Assembly (NCBI GenBank): GCA_030390025.1
Contig: CM059432.1
Location: 25,236,001 to 25,300,000 of the forward strand
Direction of reading: 5' to 3'
Source of the DNA: Squalus acanthias
Lineage: Eukaryota
DNA length: 64,000 nucleotides
The notes under the pieces were generated by a model, which saw only the letters and a list, made by a program, of their open reading frames with translations, had not been told where the DNA came from and searched no databases. Below are positions 24,275 through 36,734 of this stretch, piece after piece (the first letter of the stretch is position 1; each line of letters starts with the position of its first letter). The position numbers and the translations under genes were made by a program.

Positions 24275-26073
24275 ATGGAGAGGGTGAGAGAACGAGCTCA
24301 GCGCTTCAGCGAGCGGGCCTTGGATGCTCTGGTTGGCGCGGTGGAGCGCAGAAGATCAATACTGTACCCAGAGAGTGGCAGGAGGCCTTTGCCGCGTGAG
24401 TACAGAAGAGTGTGGAGGGAGGTGGCTCAGAGCGTCTCCTGCAGGAGCATGGTGCCCAGGACCCATGTACAATGTCGGAAAAAGTTCAACGACCTCACTT
24501 GGGTCGTCAGGGTGAGTGGCTTTTTTTCAATACCTCTCCATCCCTCCATCTCAACCTCACTCTATGGCCAGAGGGTCTTAAAACCCCAATGCACAACACT
24601 CATCCAACACCTATGGCCCTCTCATGAAACACACACGCACATTCCACACTATGCATACAGTAAGGGCTATTCACCTATGGGAGGCACATCAGGCAAGACC
24701 ATGGCTGCATACAGTAAGGGCTATTCACCTATGGGAGGCACATCAGGCAAGACCATGGCTGTATATTTACTCAGACGCCATCCTTTTTCTTGCAGGCCAA
24801 GCTGTCTCATAATAGGAGACAGCAGCAATGGACGGGTGGAGCGCGGCCTCAGCTGCAACCCCTCAGCGATCTTGAGGCGCGCGTCCACAGGATTGTGGCA
24901 AGCCGGGTGATCGGTCCCATCGCCACTGGAGACGCCGACCCCGTTCTGGACAGCAATGGTAAGGTCATCACCTTTTTGTCCTCTGTCCTTCCACTTGTCC
25001 CTCACAACACCAGCCTTTGACACTTTCAATCCAACTTACTAAATCGCTGCACTCATTCCTCCCTTACTGCCACCCTGTCCTCATGCTAAAGCCACTCTTG
25101 TACCTCCCTGCTTTCAGATGGTGATTCACCAGCTGAGGAGACGGGCCTTCAAGCTGCCAGTGGGAGTGAAGCTGCAGGCGAGGAGGAAGATGAAGGCGGA
25201 GCATCAGTGCCACCCTCTCCCGAGGAAGCCCATGCCCACACTGGGAACACGCCTTCCCTGGAGGGGAGCAGGGGGGAAGGGTCTGATGAGGGTGAAGCTC
25301 CAGGACCCAGCGGGCTGCAGCAACGCGATGGGGGTAGGGAAGCTCAGGGGCCTTCTCCCCGGAGGGAGAGTAGGCCAGCGAGTCCTGCTGCACTGGACGC
25401 AGAGGAGGAGCGGCTCATCGCTGAAATGCACACCCAGGCGGCGGACATGCGCACTGAGCTCATGGGTGCAGTGGGAAGGGTGCCCGAATGCATTGAATCA
25501 CTGGCAAGGAGTGTGGAGCACTTCGCTGTAGCACAGGCGGATGCCACGCTAAAGCTTAGTGCTGCAATTCAGTCTCAGACTGCTGTCATGCAGACTCAGA
25601 TTGAGGCCATGCGAGCACTGACTGCTGCCATCCTCGATGGTTCGGACACATTTCCCCGGGGCTCTCACCGCGCCGCAGCAGGCCAGCAATCTGTGCTCCA
25701 GCGGATTGCTCCGGATGCTGAAGTGCTGCCCCGTGGGAGTGCCAGTATGTCGGTCGAGCAGGGAGTTGCTGTCCTCTCTCAAGATGACAGCATTCCTGCT
25801 GCCACCACTGTCACTTCTCCACTGCACTTGTCACCGCCTGTAGGACAGACTGCTGCCGCCCATGCAGAGTTGGTGCAGTCTGCAGCCGGGCCCTCCAGGC
25901 CCAGAGCTGGTCGAGGCCGTCCTTCAAGGGCATCTGCAGTCTCAGGTTATGAGAATCAGCAGCCTTCCACCAGCCATGCTGCAGCCACTGAGGTCCCATT
26001 ACGGAGGAGCAGTAGGGTGGGAAGGGGGGAAGTGCGCAAGGGAAGGAGATCACCCTCGAAGGGCAAAAAGTAG
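24275..26073 (+). CDS. Myb/SANT-like DNA-binding protein of H1; 3 exons (24275-24511, 24796-24958, 25118-26073), ~451 aa
   Basis: RFSERALDALVGAV...WREVA...RTHVQCRKKFNDL motif. GT-AG introns with consistent phases 0 and 1. No stop in the spliced frame. Same exon sizes in H2. Confidence 0.88.
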
Positions 26074-26492
26074 GAGGTGTGACAAAATGTTTGTCAATTT
26101 TTTATTAAAGGCCGAGGTTCGTGTTTAAACTTTTGTTTAGTGTTTTGGACATTATCTCCAGGTTGTGAGAACCAGTTATGTTAATGACTGTTTTTTTGTA
26201 TTTCTTTCTATTAGTTTGTCATGAAGAAATGACACACACAGAGTTTGTAAATTAAATAAGTTTTTGTATTCAAAATGTACATGTTTGGTCTTTGGAATCA
26301 TTACTGCCTTGGCCGGCTTAGGGGTTGCGGGTTGGTTTCATTCATGTTGTTCTCAATGGCAGAAGCCATTTCCACAGCAGGGGCCTAGAGGCGGCTTGCT
26401 ATCAGCCGTTGACGGACGGCCCTTGCAGTTTCAACATTGTGGGCCGCCCTCCCGCCTTGGTGCTGCTGATGATCATCCTCCTCCTCCTCTTC

Positions 26493-27545
26493 CTACTCTT
26501 CCTCCTCCTCCTCTGGTGGTGCTCCAAGGCCTGGTGGCATTGGCTGGGTCCTGAGGATTGCCATGTTATGCAGCATGCAGCACACAACTACGAAGTGGGA
26601 AACTCGCTCAGGCGAGTACTGCAGGGCTCCTCCAGAATGGTCCAGACAGCGGAACCGTTGCTTCAGCACGCCGATTGTGTGCTCAACGATGTTCCTGGTA
26701 GCTTGATGGCTCTCGTTGTACCGCAGCTCAGCAGGGGTGTTGGGCGTACGGAGCGGTGTCATCAGCCAGGTGCTCAGTGGATACCCCTTGTCCCCGAGAA
26801 GCCAACCAACTGGCTGATGCGGTGCCTCGAAAAGTTCTGCCACAGTAGTCTGGCGCAGGATGAAAGCATCGTGGCAGCTGCCAGGATAGTGGGCATTGAC
26901 AGCGAGTATCAGCTGTCTGTGGTCACAGACCAACTGAACATTCAAGGAATGGAACCCCTTTCTGTTCCGGAAATCCTCAGCATTCACATGCGGAGCACGC
27001 AAAGCCACATGCGTGCAGTCAATGGCGCCCTGCACCATGGGGAAGCCCGCTATCCTGGCAAAGCCCAGAGCGCGTTCATGCTGCTTGTCTAGGGTCATGG
27101 GGAAAGAGATGTACTCTCGTCTCCTTTTAAAGAGGGCATTTGTGACGTGACGGATGCAGCAATGCACCGCGAACTGGGAGATATTGGCGATGTCCCCAGC
27201 AGCAGATTGAAATGAGCCAGTAGCATAAATGTTCAGAGCCACTGTAATCTTCACTGCCACCGACAGAGACGTCCTGGACCTCAGTTGAGGCTGCAGATCT
27301 GGCTGCAGCAGGTGGCAGAGCTCAGTGACCACCTCCTTGCTGAAGCGCAGCCTTCGCAAACACTGCTCCTCAGACATATGAATGTAGGAGAGCTGTTCAC
27401 GATATACCCTGGGAGGGTAAGCTCTCCTGTACAGACGCCTGTTGGCCCTCCTCCGTCTGGCCATCATTGCCACTCTCTCTCTGCGTCTCTGTGTCCTCCG
27501 ATTCAGCTGGCGCAGGACGACGCCCCCAATCAGTGCAGCCCCCAT
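26493..27545 (-). CDS. Harbinger DDE transposase (HARBI1-like), 350 aa
   Basis: GAIDCTH, NRKGFHSLNVQLVCD, PGSCHDAFIL, LLGDKGY, RNIVEHTIGVLKQRFRCL, CCMLHN. The TAG lies within the poly-Glu tail and the frame continues to a stop at 26387-26385. Confidence 0.93.
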   Translation of the reverse strand: MGAALIGGVVLRQLNRRTQRRRERVAMMARRRRANRRLYRRAYPPRVYREQLSYIHMSEEQCLRRLRFSKEVVTELCHLLQPDLQPQLRSRTSLSVAVKITVALNIYATGSFQSAAGDIANISQFAVHCCIRHVTNALFKRRREYISFPMTLDKQHERALGFARIAGFPMVQGAIDCTHVALRAPHVNAEDFRNRKGFHSLNVQLVCDHRQLILAVNAHYPGSCHDAFILRQTTVAELFEAPHQPVGWLLGDKGYPLSTWLMTPLRTPNTPAELRYNESHQATRNIVEHTIGVLKQRFRCLDHSGGALQYSPERVSHFVVVCCMLHNMAILRTQPMPPGLGAPPEEEEEE

Positions 27546-29007
27546 AGTCTCTTAGCAAGCAAAGTTATGAAGGCCAAAAACCAAAGTACCTGCCAAGTTA
27601 TGATCAGTAGCCAAAAGTACCTCACACAGCGTTGACTCAATGCAGAAGTCTCTCTTTCTCTCTCGCCGAATCTCTCTCTCTCTCTCAGAACGAGTGGTGC
27701 AAAAATGTCAACCACAGAGAAAGACAGGAAGAGGCCCCCTTTAAATAGCGCCCCCCCCCCCCAGCCCCACAGCGACTGATAGCGTTCCAGTCTTCCGGTC
27801 GTTGGATGCGCCAGGCGGAAAGGATGGGGGCGCCACTCAATTTCCGCTCCGGGGCGCCACAAGAGCGTTGCACCCTCGTATGACGTCAAGATCTGCGTGC
27901 GCAGGAGATCGCGGCGGTAAATTTTAGCGCCGCCGCAAAATGTCTAGTTAAGTTCGCGAGCGGCGCAAACATCGCTGCGCCCAGGCGCTAGCTGCTTTGT
28001 GCCCCATTAGCGCCCTCTTAAGGCGCTAACAGGAGGCGCAACCAACTGAATTTTTCCCCCAATGAGCCTTCCCTTTAAGTACTGTGAAAAGCCTGTGGCA
28101 ATGATGAGTTGAGATTAGACTGCACCCGATATTGGTCCACCCTTTGAGTGTAACGCCACTGAGCTAGGCCTTTAAGACTTGATTTAGCACCCCAATCATT
28201 TCTTTGAGCAGTGAGAATGAATTTTGCCTGCAGTCTAAAACATTAGCACCTGGTGCTAATTCTCTAACTTTTCGAAAGATACCGCCCATTCCTGGGCTAT
28301 AATGAATTTCTAGCCCCTACAGTCATACTGGGCTAGAAATTGGCTTCCTCCGGGGGGTGATAACGACTTACCGCCTGAACGCGGCTAGATGAACGACTCC
28401 TGCAAACTTCGGTGAGAGGTTTGCGGTGGCGGTAAGACTTTGCGCCACGATCTCCTTCGCCCGGAGTATCGTCCCAAAGTGTGGACAGAAGTCAAATAAA
28501 GAGCCACCCATTCTCCTATCATGAGTCATGTATCTACCATGTTAGTGTCTTTTCTCTCAGTGCGTCACTTCAGTGCTAGTGTGTGACTTCTAACTCCTAA
28601 TCAATGAATTCTAAGTGATTCTCCAGGAAAGAGTAAGTCTTGCTGACTGCAGGGTTTCAGTGGCAGTTTCTTTGGGAGTCAGTGGGCCTCATGCAGTTGT
28701 TTCTATCACATCTGCAGCTGGTGCTGGCACTTTCTAGCATGCCCACTATCATTTTCTCACTGGAGAGATGAGAGGGCTGGATGGTCGAGATGTTGCAAGG
28801 CCTTGAGAGACAGCCGCCTCTGCCACGTCCCTGCTGCTGGCTGCTGACTCAACATCCCCACTGAGCTGTGTTGGAGCAGAACCATGGGCAGCAATAAGTT
28901 CAATGAAGCTGTGCTTCAAGGTTTTCTTAGACTGATCCATAAGTATGTTAAAAACATGCACAATCGTCTGTTGTAGATCTATAGCAGCAAACTGAAAACT
29001 CACAAGA

Positions 29008-30185
29008 GATGGAGGTGAGGTGAGAGTGACTGCCCTTGACATCAAGGCAACACTTGACTGAGTGTGGCATCAAGGAGCCCCAGTAAAACTGAAGTCAATG
29101 GGAATCGGGGGGGAAATTCTCCACTGGCTGGAGTCATACCTAGCACAAAGGAAGATGGTTGTGGTTGTTGGAGGCCAAACATCACAACCCCAGGACATCG
29201 CTGCAGAAGTTCCTCAGGGCAGTGTCCTAGGCCCAACCATCTTCAGCTGCTTCATCAATGACCTTCCCTCCAACATAAGGTTAGATGTGGGGATGTTCGC
29301 TGATGATTGCACAATGTTCAACTCCTCAGATAATGAAGCAGTCCATGACCACATGCAGCAAGACCTGGACGACATTCAGGCTTGGGCTGATAAGTGGCAG
29401 ATAACATTCGCATCACACAAGTGCCAGGCAATGACTCTCTCCAACAAGCGAGAGTCTAACCACCGCCCCTTGACATTCAACGGCATTACCATTGCTGAAT
29501 CCCCACCATCAACATTCTGGGGGTCACCATTGACCAGAAACTTAACTGGACCAGCCACATAAATACGGTGGCTACAAGAGCAGGTCAGAGGCTGGGTATT
29601 CTGCGGTGAGTGTCTCACCTCCTGACTCTCCAAAGCCTTTCCACCATCTATTAGGCACAAGTCAGGAGTGTGATGGAGTACTCTCCACTTGCCTGGATGA
29701 GTGCAGCTCCACAACACTCAAGAAGCTCGACATCATCCAGGACAAAGCAGCCCACTTGATTGGCACCCCATCCACCACCTTAAACATTCACTCACTCCAC
29801 CACCAGTGCACCATGGCTGCAGTGTGCACCATCTACAACATGCACTGCAGCAACTCGCCAAGGTTTCTTCGACAGCACCTCCCAAACCCATGACCTCTAC
29901 CACCTAGAAGGACAAGGACAGCAGGCGCATGGGAACACCATCACCTCCAAGTTCCCCTACAAGGCACACACCATCGAGACTTCGAAATATATCGCCGTTC
30001 CTTCATCGTCGCTGGGTCAAACTCCTGGAACTCTCTCCCTAGCAGCACTGTGGGAGTACCTTCACTACAAGGACTGCAGCAGTTCAAGAAGGTGGATCAC
30101 CACCACCTTCTCAAGGGCAATTAGGGATGGGCAATAAATGTTGGCCTTGCCAGCCATGCCCACATCACAGGAACGAATGAAGAAA
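29008..30185 (+). mobile_element. 5'-truncated copy of the LINE family at 1775-5437
   Basis: WHQGAPVKLKSMGIGG, PQGSVLGP and FADD motifs, same 3' tail. Confidence 0.9.
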
Positions 30186-30667
30186 AGAGATGACTGGGCC
30201 TAGAGGGTCTGTCAATGGGGTATCTGGCGCAGGTGTCTTTGGAGTTGCCTTGCATTTACACACCAATGCACAGATCTTGTTTATGGACTCCTCCACACTT
30301 CTAGACAGGCCTTGCAGGGAGTCTTGGACAGACTCAAATTACTGCAGTCAGTGAACCTACTTGAGAGAAAATTCTACTTTTATTCATAGTCCCTGTGAGA
30401 TCCAAATCCTAAGGCTCCGATGAAGGACACCAGCTTTACAAAGAAGGTTCCTGCTCCTCTACTGCCATTTCCACTTACTCCTCCCCACTTATGCTCTGTG
30501 ATTCATGTGCATCTCACTATTTAAATCTCTTGAGGTGAATGTACATGCAGTGCTTGCAATCGGTGCCCTGAATACTGAAGGCTGCCGTGATGTGCTGGCA
30601 TCTTAAACAACTCTGGGAGATGCATTTGTTTCTTGTAGAATGCCTGGAGAAAGAGACAAAATATTAT

Positions 30668-31785
30668 GGGGGAGAAATTCGGTATAGACCCGTTTGGGGC
30701 GCTAAAATTTTAAGGGGGCAAAATTGGGTGCCTTTGCACCTCCCATTAGTGCCCACGGGGGGCGCTAATGGGGCGCAAATGGTTTTGCAACCGGGCGTGG
30801 CACTGATATCGACACCCGCCATATTTTGCGGCGGCGCTACGGCTTTGCGCCCTGATCTCCTTCACCTGGAGATCGTGATGTCATCGCCGTGCGCATCATT
30901 CCGGTAGCGTCCCCGGCCCGAAATTGACTTCCGCCCCCTGCAGCAGCGCCGGGCGAAAACACCGACAGCTGCAGGAGGCGCGCACCGGGCAGCCGGCCGC
31001 TTCGAGGCGATGATTAAAGGCGAGGTGGCTGAGGTAAGTAAAAAAAACTTACTTTTCTTGTTCCAGTTTTTCGTGGGTTCCTGCTCGCGATCGATCAGCC
31101 CGGCACTCTGCTTGAGTGCTGGGCTGATCGCGTGCAAATCGTGGCTGCCTTGGTGGTCCAGGTAGGTACTTTTTATATTGCAGAGCCTGCAGCGATGGCC
31201 CTTCCCATTAAGGGAGGGAAGGAGCCTTTGAACGCGGCAGTGTGCTGAAGTCTCCGCCCCGCCTCCTGCTGATTTTGCGCTCCACTTCCTTCTTGGAGCG
31301 CAAAACCAATTTTTTTTAAAGTATAGAAACATTAGCCCCCATCACTTTCAGAAAGTGCAGCATTTGGAGATGTTTGAGGAAAAGGTGTAACAAATGTTGT
31401 GCAGGCAGCAAACTGGTGCAAGTAATAAATGGTGCGATCACTGAAAGCACCTTTTTCGCAACGTTCAGGTGACACGGAAACATTCCCTTTAATTATCGCT
31501 CCTGCAGCGCACTTCCGAGTTCTCAATGCCTCCTCTTACTGGCGTTGTCGGCGCGAGGCTCTAAAGCGGGGGGTGAAAGGCAATTTTGCATCAGGGCCGT
31601 TAACGGGGTGTTGCACACACAGTGACGTCACCATGTGAGAGGCGCTGGAGGCCTAGGCGTTAACAGTTAGCGCCAATTCGCCACTGAAGGTTGTGTGCGG
31701 CGTTGGATTCGCCGCAGCCGGGCGCTAACCCTTTAACACCCGTCAAGCACTAATGGGCGGCACTGACCTACCAAATTTTGCGGCC
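30668..31785. mobile_element. Composite or nested Harbinger-type MITEs
   Basis: Start gggggagaaatt after TAT, inner start gggggcaaaatt at ~30714, end aaattttgcggcc before TAT, ggcgcta motifs. Confidence 0.6.
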
Positions 31786-31877
31786 TATAAATCTACTTGT
31801 AAGACACCCATTCAAATAGTGCATACATACCAATGTACTAAATGGATACTGTTAAACCTTTGGTTGTCCCCGTGACA

Positions 31878-32594
31878 GGCCAAATCCTCCTGGGAAAATA
31901 ACGACATATTAACAATGCATGCCATTATTAATGCGCAAATCGGCCAGCAAGTTCATGGGATTAAGAGATACGCTGTGAGTTGCGAATCTCCAGAACTCTG
32001 TCGTTTACCTCGCACAAACGGCATCTCACCCTTTGCCTCCCCGTTACTTTTAAGAGCTTGCTGGATTTTCACATTAATTGTCCATTAAACACCCCCAGAA
32101 AGTTAGGGCTCATAATTAACTGCATAAGTATCTTTTTAATGATGTGATAATTCTTATTGCAATGCCAATCAATCTCTTTGGCCCAGAAAGGGAACAATTT
32201 AAATTGTTGAGTCTCATTCCAGCATGTAGTAAATTGTTGTTAGAAATTTTTTTTAATTAAAATTTTAAATGTTTACATTTTTTCCTTACTTTTTCTTTCT
32301 GCCTTTTTTCCTCTCTCTCTTAATCTAATCTTTCTTCCTCTTTATTTCTCTTTCTGTACCTGTTTAGACTAATTCACCCACTCTAACTCACCCTCCTTCT
32401 CCGTCATTCCTCTATTTCTTTCTCAATCCTTAAATCCCATTGGTTAGGGAGATACACTGTTGGTCCCATCATTCACTAAGATCCCAGATGCCCCATTGCC
32501 CTCGCCGCATCGTTGCTAGCTCACATCACATGCAAATTACAGCGCAAATTATATTCGAGTTTAACGGATGCCCCACTTCAGCAAGATTTGGCTC
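31878..32594. mobile_element. Probable MITE
   Basis: Imperfect TIRs ggccaaatcctcctg / cagcaagatttggct, with an AT/CT-rich core. Confidence 0.5.
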
Positions 32595-34667
32595 AAAAGT
32601 GGATAACTGAGTAGAAAGTGAAGAACATAACAACAGAAGCATGGAACTAGCCGTCAGCTGAGAGAAGGCCTCCAGATTCATTTTGCCTGACTCTCTCTAA
32701 ATGCTCCTAGTCAATGACATTAAGCCTGGCCTCCTCCAATAACGTCAGCGGCATTAGATTCGCGGGCCCTCCTCCAGTGTGGGTTTTCTCTTTACTCTTG
32801 TGAGTAAATTGGGCCTGCAAACAAAAAAGTTGAGATGTTGTAGGTTTGCAGAGCGCATACAATGACATCCAAGTGGCCATTCTGTGAGGTGTGTGCATCT
32901 TTGTGTGTGCGTCAATAAACATGCATCATGCAACTAGTTTGTGGTCCAAAGGGTGTTTGGTGCAAAGACCTTTTAAGAAATGAGCGCGGCAACAGCAAGA
33001 GAGGTAAGTTGCATCCTCAAGAAGTGCAGTGTTGCTGTGTGGTAAGCATCAAAGGAGCTGTTAGTGTGTCTGAGTGCTTGACATAGAGCAACAGTACAAG
33101 TGTAACAGATTGAGGTGAAACAGTTTGCAGCATACTTGGGATTAGGCACTTTCCATCAGCTTACCTTCATAGCTTTCTTCAAGTCTTCTTTCTCATTTTG
33201 GGTTCAGGCTTTGGGGGTACTAAGACTGCATTTACCCATTGCAGCAATCTTCTCCGAGGCATTGTGTGCAATTCTTTGTATGCATCACGGATTCTGGCTG
33301 TGACACTATTTGGTTCATGTGCTACATAGCCAAACTCTTCGTTCACTTCACTTTGCTCCTACTCCTTCTCCGTTACTTTAAGAAGATTCTGAAGATGTTT
33401 AAATACCTGCAGCAGCGTTCCCAAATTCCAGCCAGAAGCAGCCCACATCGCGGGCGGGAGCTTGACATGAATACAGTGAAACCTGTATAAACGGACACTC
33501 CCAAAAAGTGGGCACCTGCAAAAAGCAGGCACTTATTGAGAGACCTAAATAACTTACATTGTAAAATATATAGGAGGCACTCTGAAGCCACGCATACTCA
33601 CAATTACGAACTATGGACAGCTTTCAATGCACCAAGCCCTTTTACACCTTCAAACACAGGAAATTTTTCAGTTTTAAAATTCTTCAGCTAAAAAGAAGTG
33701 GTTGGTGGCAGATGACCCCCTCCTCAAGCTGCGATCTGCCCGAACATTTCCAGGTTGTTTGTTGACAGCCGCTGGTGAGATGTAGTCCGCGCGGATCAAC
33801 AAAGAGAATATTCAGGATCTCTCGTGGAGTAGAATCAATGCTCCTGTACTGACTCAAAGGAAGAAATACAAGTTGCTTCTCCTGACTGTGCAACACACTG
33901 TGGAGCTGGTGCAGGAAAATCGGGGCATAAATTATCCAGAACTATCTCTCTTCTGGATAAAACAAATAGGAAAACCAATGACAGCTTTCTGTCAGATGGC
34001 ATAACCTTGTAATAAGCTACTTGAAGCCTTTTGTTGTTTCTCTGGTGTTCTACGCAAGACTGGAATATATTTATTCTAACAATGTATCGAAGTATATTAA
34101 TTTGTGATTCTTTGTTCAGATTTATTATAGTGTGGTGTACGATTTCCTTGGTTTTTGTTTGTCTTTTTGGTGAATGTTGGAGCTCAGGTGCTGGAGAATG
34201 GAACACTTCTCCATTTTCAAGCGTCCAATTTCAGCATCCAGCATTACAGGGGGCAAAGCCAGTTGCAGAGTAAATCACCCTATGCCCCAGCAATGGGAGA
34301 TGACGTGTAAGTTATTTATTCGCATGGTAACAGTATCAGTACTCATAGTGAACACAGGAAATCTTGACCCCTCCCCCCATTTGCCTTAACCCCCCTCCTC
34401 ATAAAGTGTGCGAGAGATCCTCATGGAGATTGTGCTTTGGGCTAACACACACTCACAACTACTTTAAAATTACTCAAATTTACTTGATGTAGCAGATACT
34501 TTTTTTTATTCACAGCAACCTAGGCAGGATTTGAACCCAGGTCCCAGCAACCACTCAACCTGAATTATTTTTTCGATACAGTGCTGTTGATCTGTTCAAC
34601 AACATGGTATTTTGGAGACATTTAAGAGAGTGAGGGGCATATTACACATTGTAAGACATGGGCTTGT

Positions 34668-35350
34668 ACATAAGAACATAAGAAATAGGAGCAGGAATAG
34701 GCCACTTGGCCCTCGAGCCTGCTCCGCCATTCAGTAAGATCATGGCTGATCTAGGGCTCAAAGCCACTTCCCTGCCCGCTCCCCATAACCCTTCACTCCC
34801 TTATCTTGCAAAAATCTGTCTATCTCCACCTTAAATGTATTTAATGACCCAGCCTCCACAGCTCTCTGCGGCGGAGAATTCCACAGATTTACGACCCTCT
34901 GAGAGAAGAAATTCCTCCTCATCTCAGTTCTAAAAGGGCGACCCTTTATTCTGAAACTATGCCCCCGAGTTCTAGATTTTCTCACAAGAGGAAACATCCT
35001 CTCTGCATCTAGCTTGTCGAGCCCCCTCAGTATCTTATATGTTTCAATAAGATCACCTCTCATTCTTCTAAATTCCAATGAGTATAGGCCCAACCTGCTC
35101 AACCTTTCTTCATAAGTCAACCCCCTCATCTCTGGAATTAACCTAGTGAATCGTCTCTGAACTGCCTCCAATGCAAGTATATCCTTCCTTAAATAAGGAG
35201 ACCAAAACTGTATGCAGTACTCAAGGTGTGGTCTCACCAATACCCTGTACAGTTGTAGCAGGACTTCCCTGCTTTTATACTCCAACCCCCTTGCAATAAA
35301 GCCCAACATTCCATTTGCCTTTTTGATTACTTGCTGTACCTGCATGCTAA
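34668..35350 (-). mobile_element. CR1 LINE 3' fragment
   Basis: LVRPHLEYC, LEAVQRRFTR, RRMRGDLIETYK, with a (ttcttatg)n tail. Confidence 0.92.
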
Positions 35351-35995
35351 TTGTGCCTGCGATTGTACAGTTAATCTCAGCCAAGTAGTCTGGAGGATGT
35401 ACTGAGTGGAGGTAAGGTAGTTTCTTTACTCCCAGCCTTTCCCCCATCTCTTCAATTCTTAGAGAAGGGAAGAAAATGTCTCCAGGCTCTGGGTGGTGAG
35501 GGGGAGGAAATAAGTCTTCCCAACTCTCCTATTTAAGTATTCAGTTGTGTTTGGAATTCCCTAATGTTTTTCCTTAACAATGTATCAAACTATATTCATT
35601 TGTGATCCTTTGTTCAGATTTAATATAGCGTGGTGTACGACCCAACTAGGCAAATTATTCCAATAGTTTATCACTCTTTAAGACAAGAGCTCCCTAATTT
35701 CCATTTAAATTTACTTTTCATTCATTTAAATTTATGTTTTATGGTATTATAAGAACCTGCATTATATATTGCCTCTCATGACCTCAAGACGTCCCCAAGC
35801 ATTTTACAGGCACTGAAATACTTTTGAAGTATAGTCCCTGTTGTAATGTAGGGAAACACAGCCGTGAAACAATTTGCGTTCAGCTAGGTCCCACAAACAG
35901 CAATGAGATAATGATCATATAATCTGTTATAGTGAGGTTGGGTTCGAGATAAATATTAGTCATGACACCGGGAAGAACTCCCCTGCTCTTCTTCG

Positions 35996-36730
35996 AAAGG
36001 TACCGCACAATAGGTTACCCCACAAGATAAAATCTTGCGCAATTAGTGGGAAGCTGCTACAGTGGATAAAGAATTGACTGCATTCCCACAGGCAGAGCAT
36101 TGTTATCAATGGCTGTGGATGTGTTTGGAGACCAGTTAACAGTGCTGTCTCACAGGGGTCGATGTTCGGACCTTTGCTCTTCACTGTCTATATTAATGAT
36201 CTAGATTAAGGTGTTGGGAGAATGATCTGCAAGTTTGCGAATGATATGAAGGTTTGTGCGAGAGTTAGGACTGTAGAGGAGAATAAACAACTGGAAGGAG
36301 ATCTCGATATGTTGGGGGAATGGGCTGTGTTTGGCAATTTGTTACCTATGTGGGCAGGACCAATGCTAAGCATACTTACACCTTTGAAGAAAGAGAATTA
36401 AAGACGGTGGTGAAAATAAAAAGATCTTGGTGTCATACTTCATAACTCTCCAAAGGTTTACAACCAATGCGGAGAAGGTATAGCTAAAGTAAATTAGGTA
36501 CTGGGCTGCATTCACAGCACTATCCATTTTAAAATGAAACATACCATTTTGTCCTTTTACAAGAACTTGGTTAGGCCTCATTTAGAATAGTGTATCCTGT
36601 TCTGGTCCCCTCACATGGTGGGTGATATTGAAGCTTTGGAAAAGGTTCAGAGGAGGGCCACAAGAATGATTCCCAATACAAAACACCATAGCTATCCAGA
36701 TAGGCTTAAAGAGCTGGCTGTATATACTTC
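35996..36730 (+). mobile_element. Degenerate CR1-like RT fragment
   Basis: KVPHNRL, SQGSMFGP, INDLD and LEKVQRRATRMIP remnants. Confidence 0.75.
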
Positions 36731-36734
36731 AAAG

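Larger units (their letters stand above)
23914..28060. mobile_element. Full-length PIF/Harbinger DNA transposon (H1), 4147 bp
   Basis: TIRs gggggagaaattcagt / actgaatttttccccc (15/16), TSD AAT, two convergent genes. Confidence 0.96.
22640..28317. mobile_element. Older, deleted Harbinger element hosting the younger element
   Basis: Transposase N-terminal remnant 23227-23421 (RRPYPLRVFRQHLSYLQLSEEQCIRRLR). Right end aatttctagcccc at ~28317. Left end is degenerate. Confidence 0.65.

Noticed and set aside
26325..27092. 255-aa plus-strand ORF
   Set aside because: Antisense shadow of the transposase.
26493..27545. Domesticated HARBI1 host gene
   Set aside because: Lies between TIRs and a TSD, with a paralogous element copy in the window.
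33160..33250. Minus-strand KA*TQNEKEDLKKAMK followed by a splice donor (Myb-like?)
   Set aside because: Short, contains a stop and has no supporting context.
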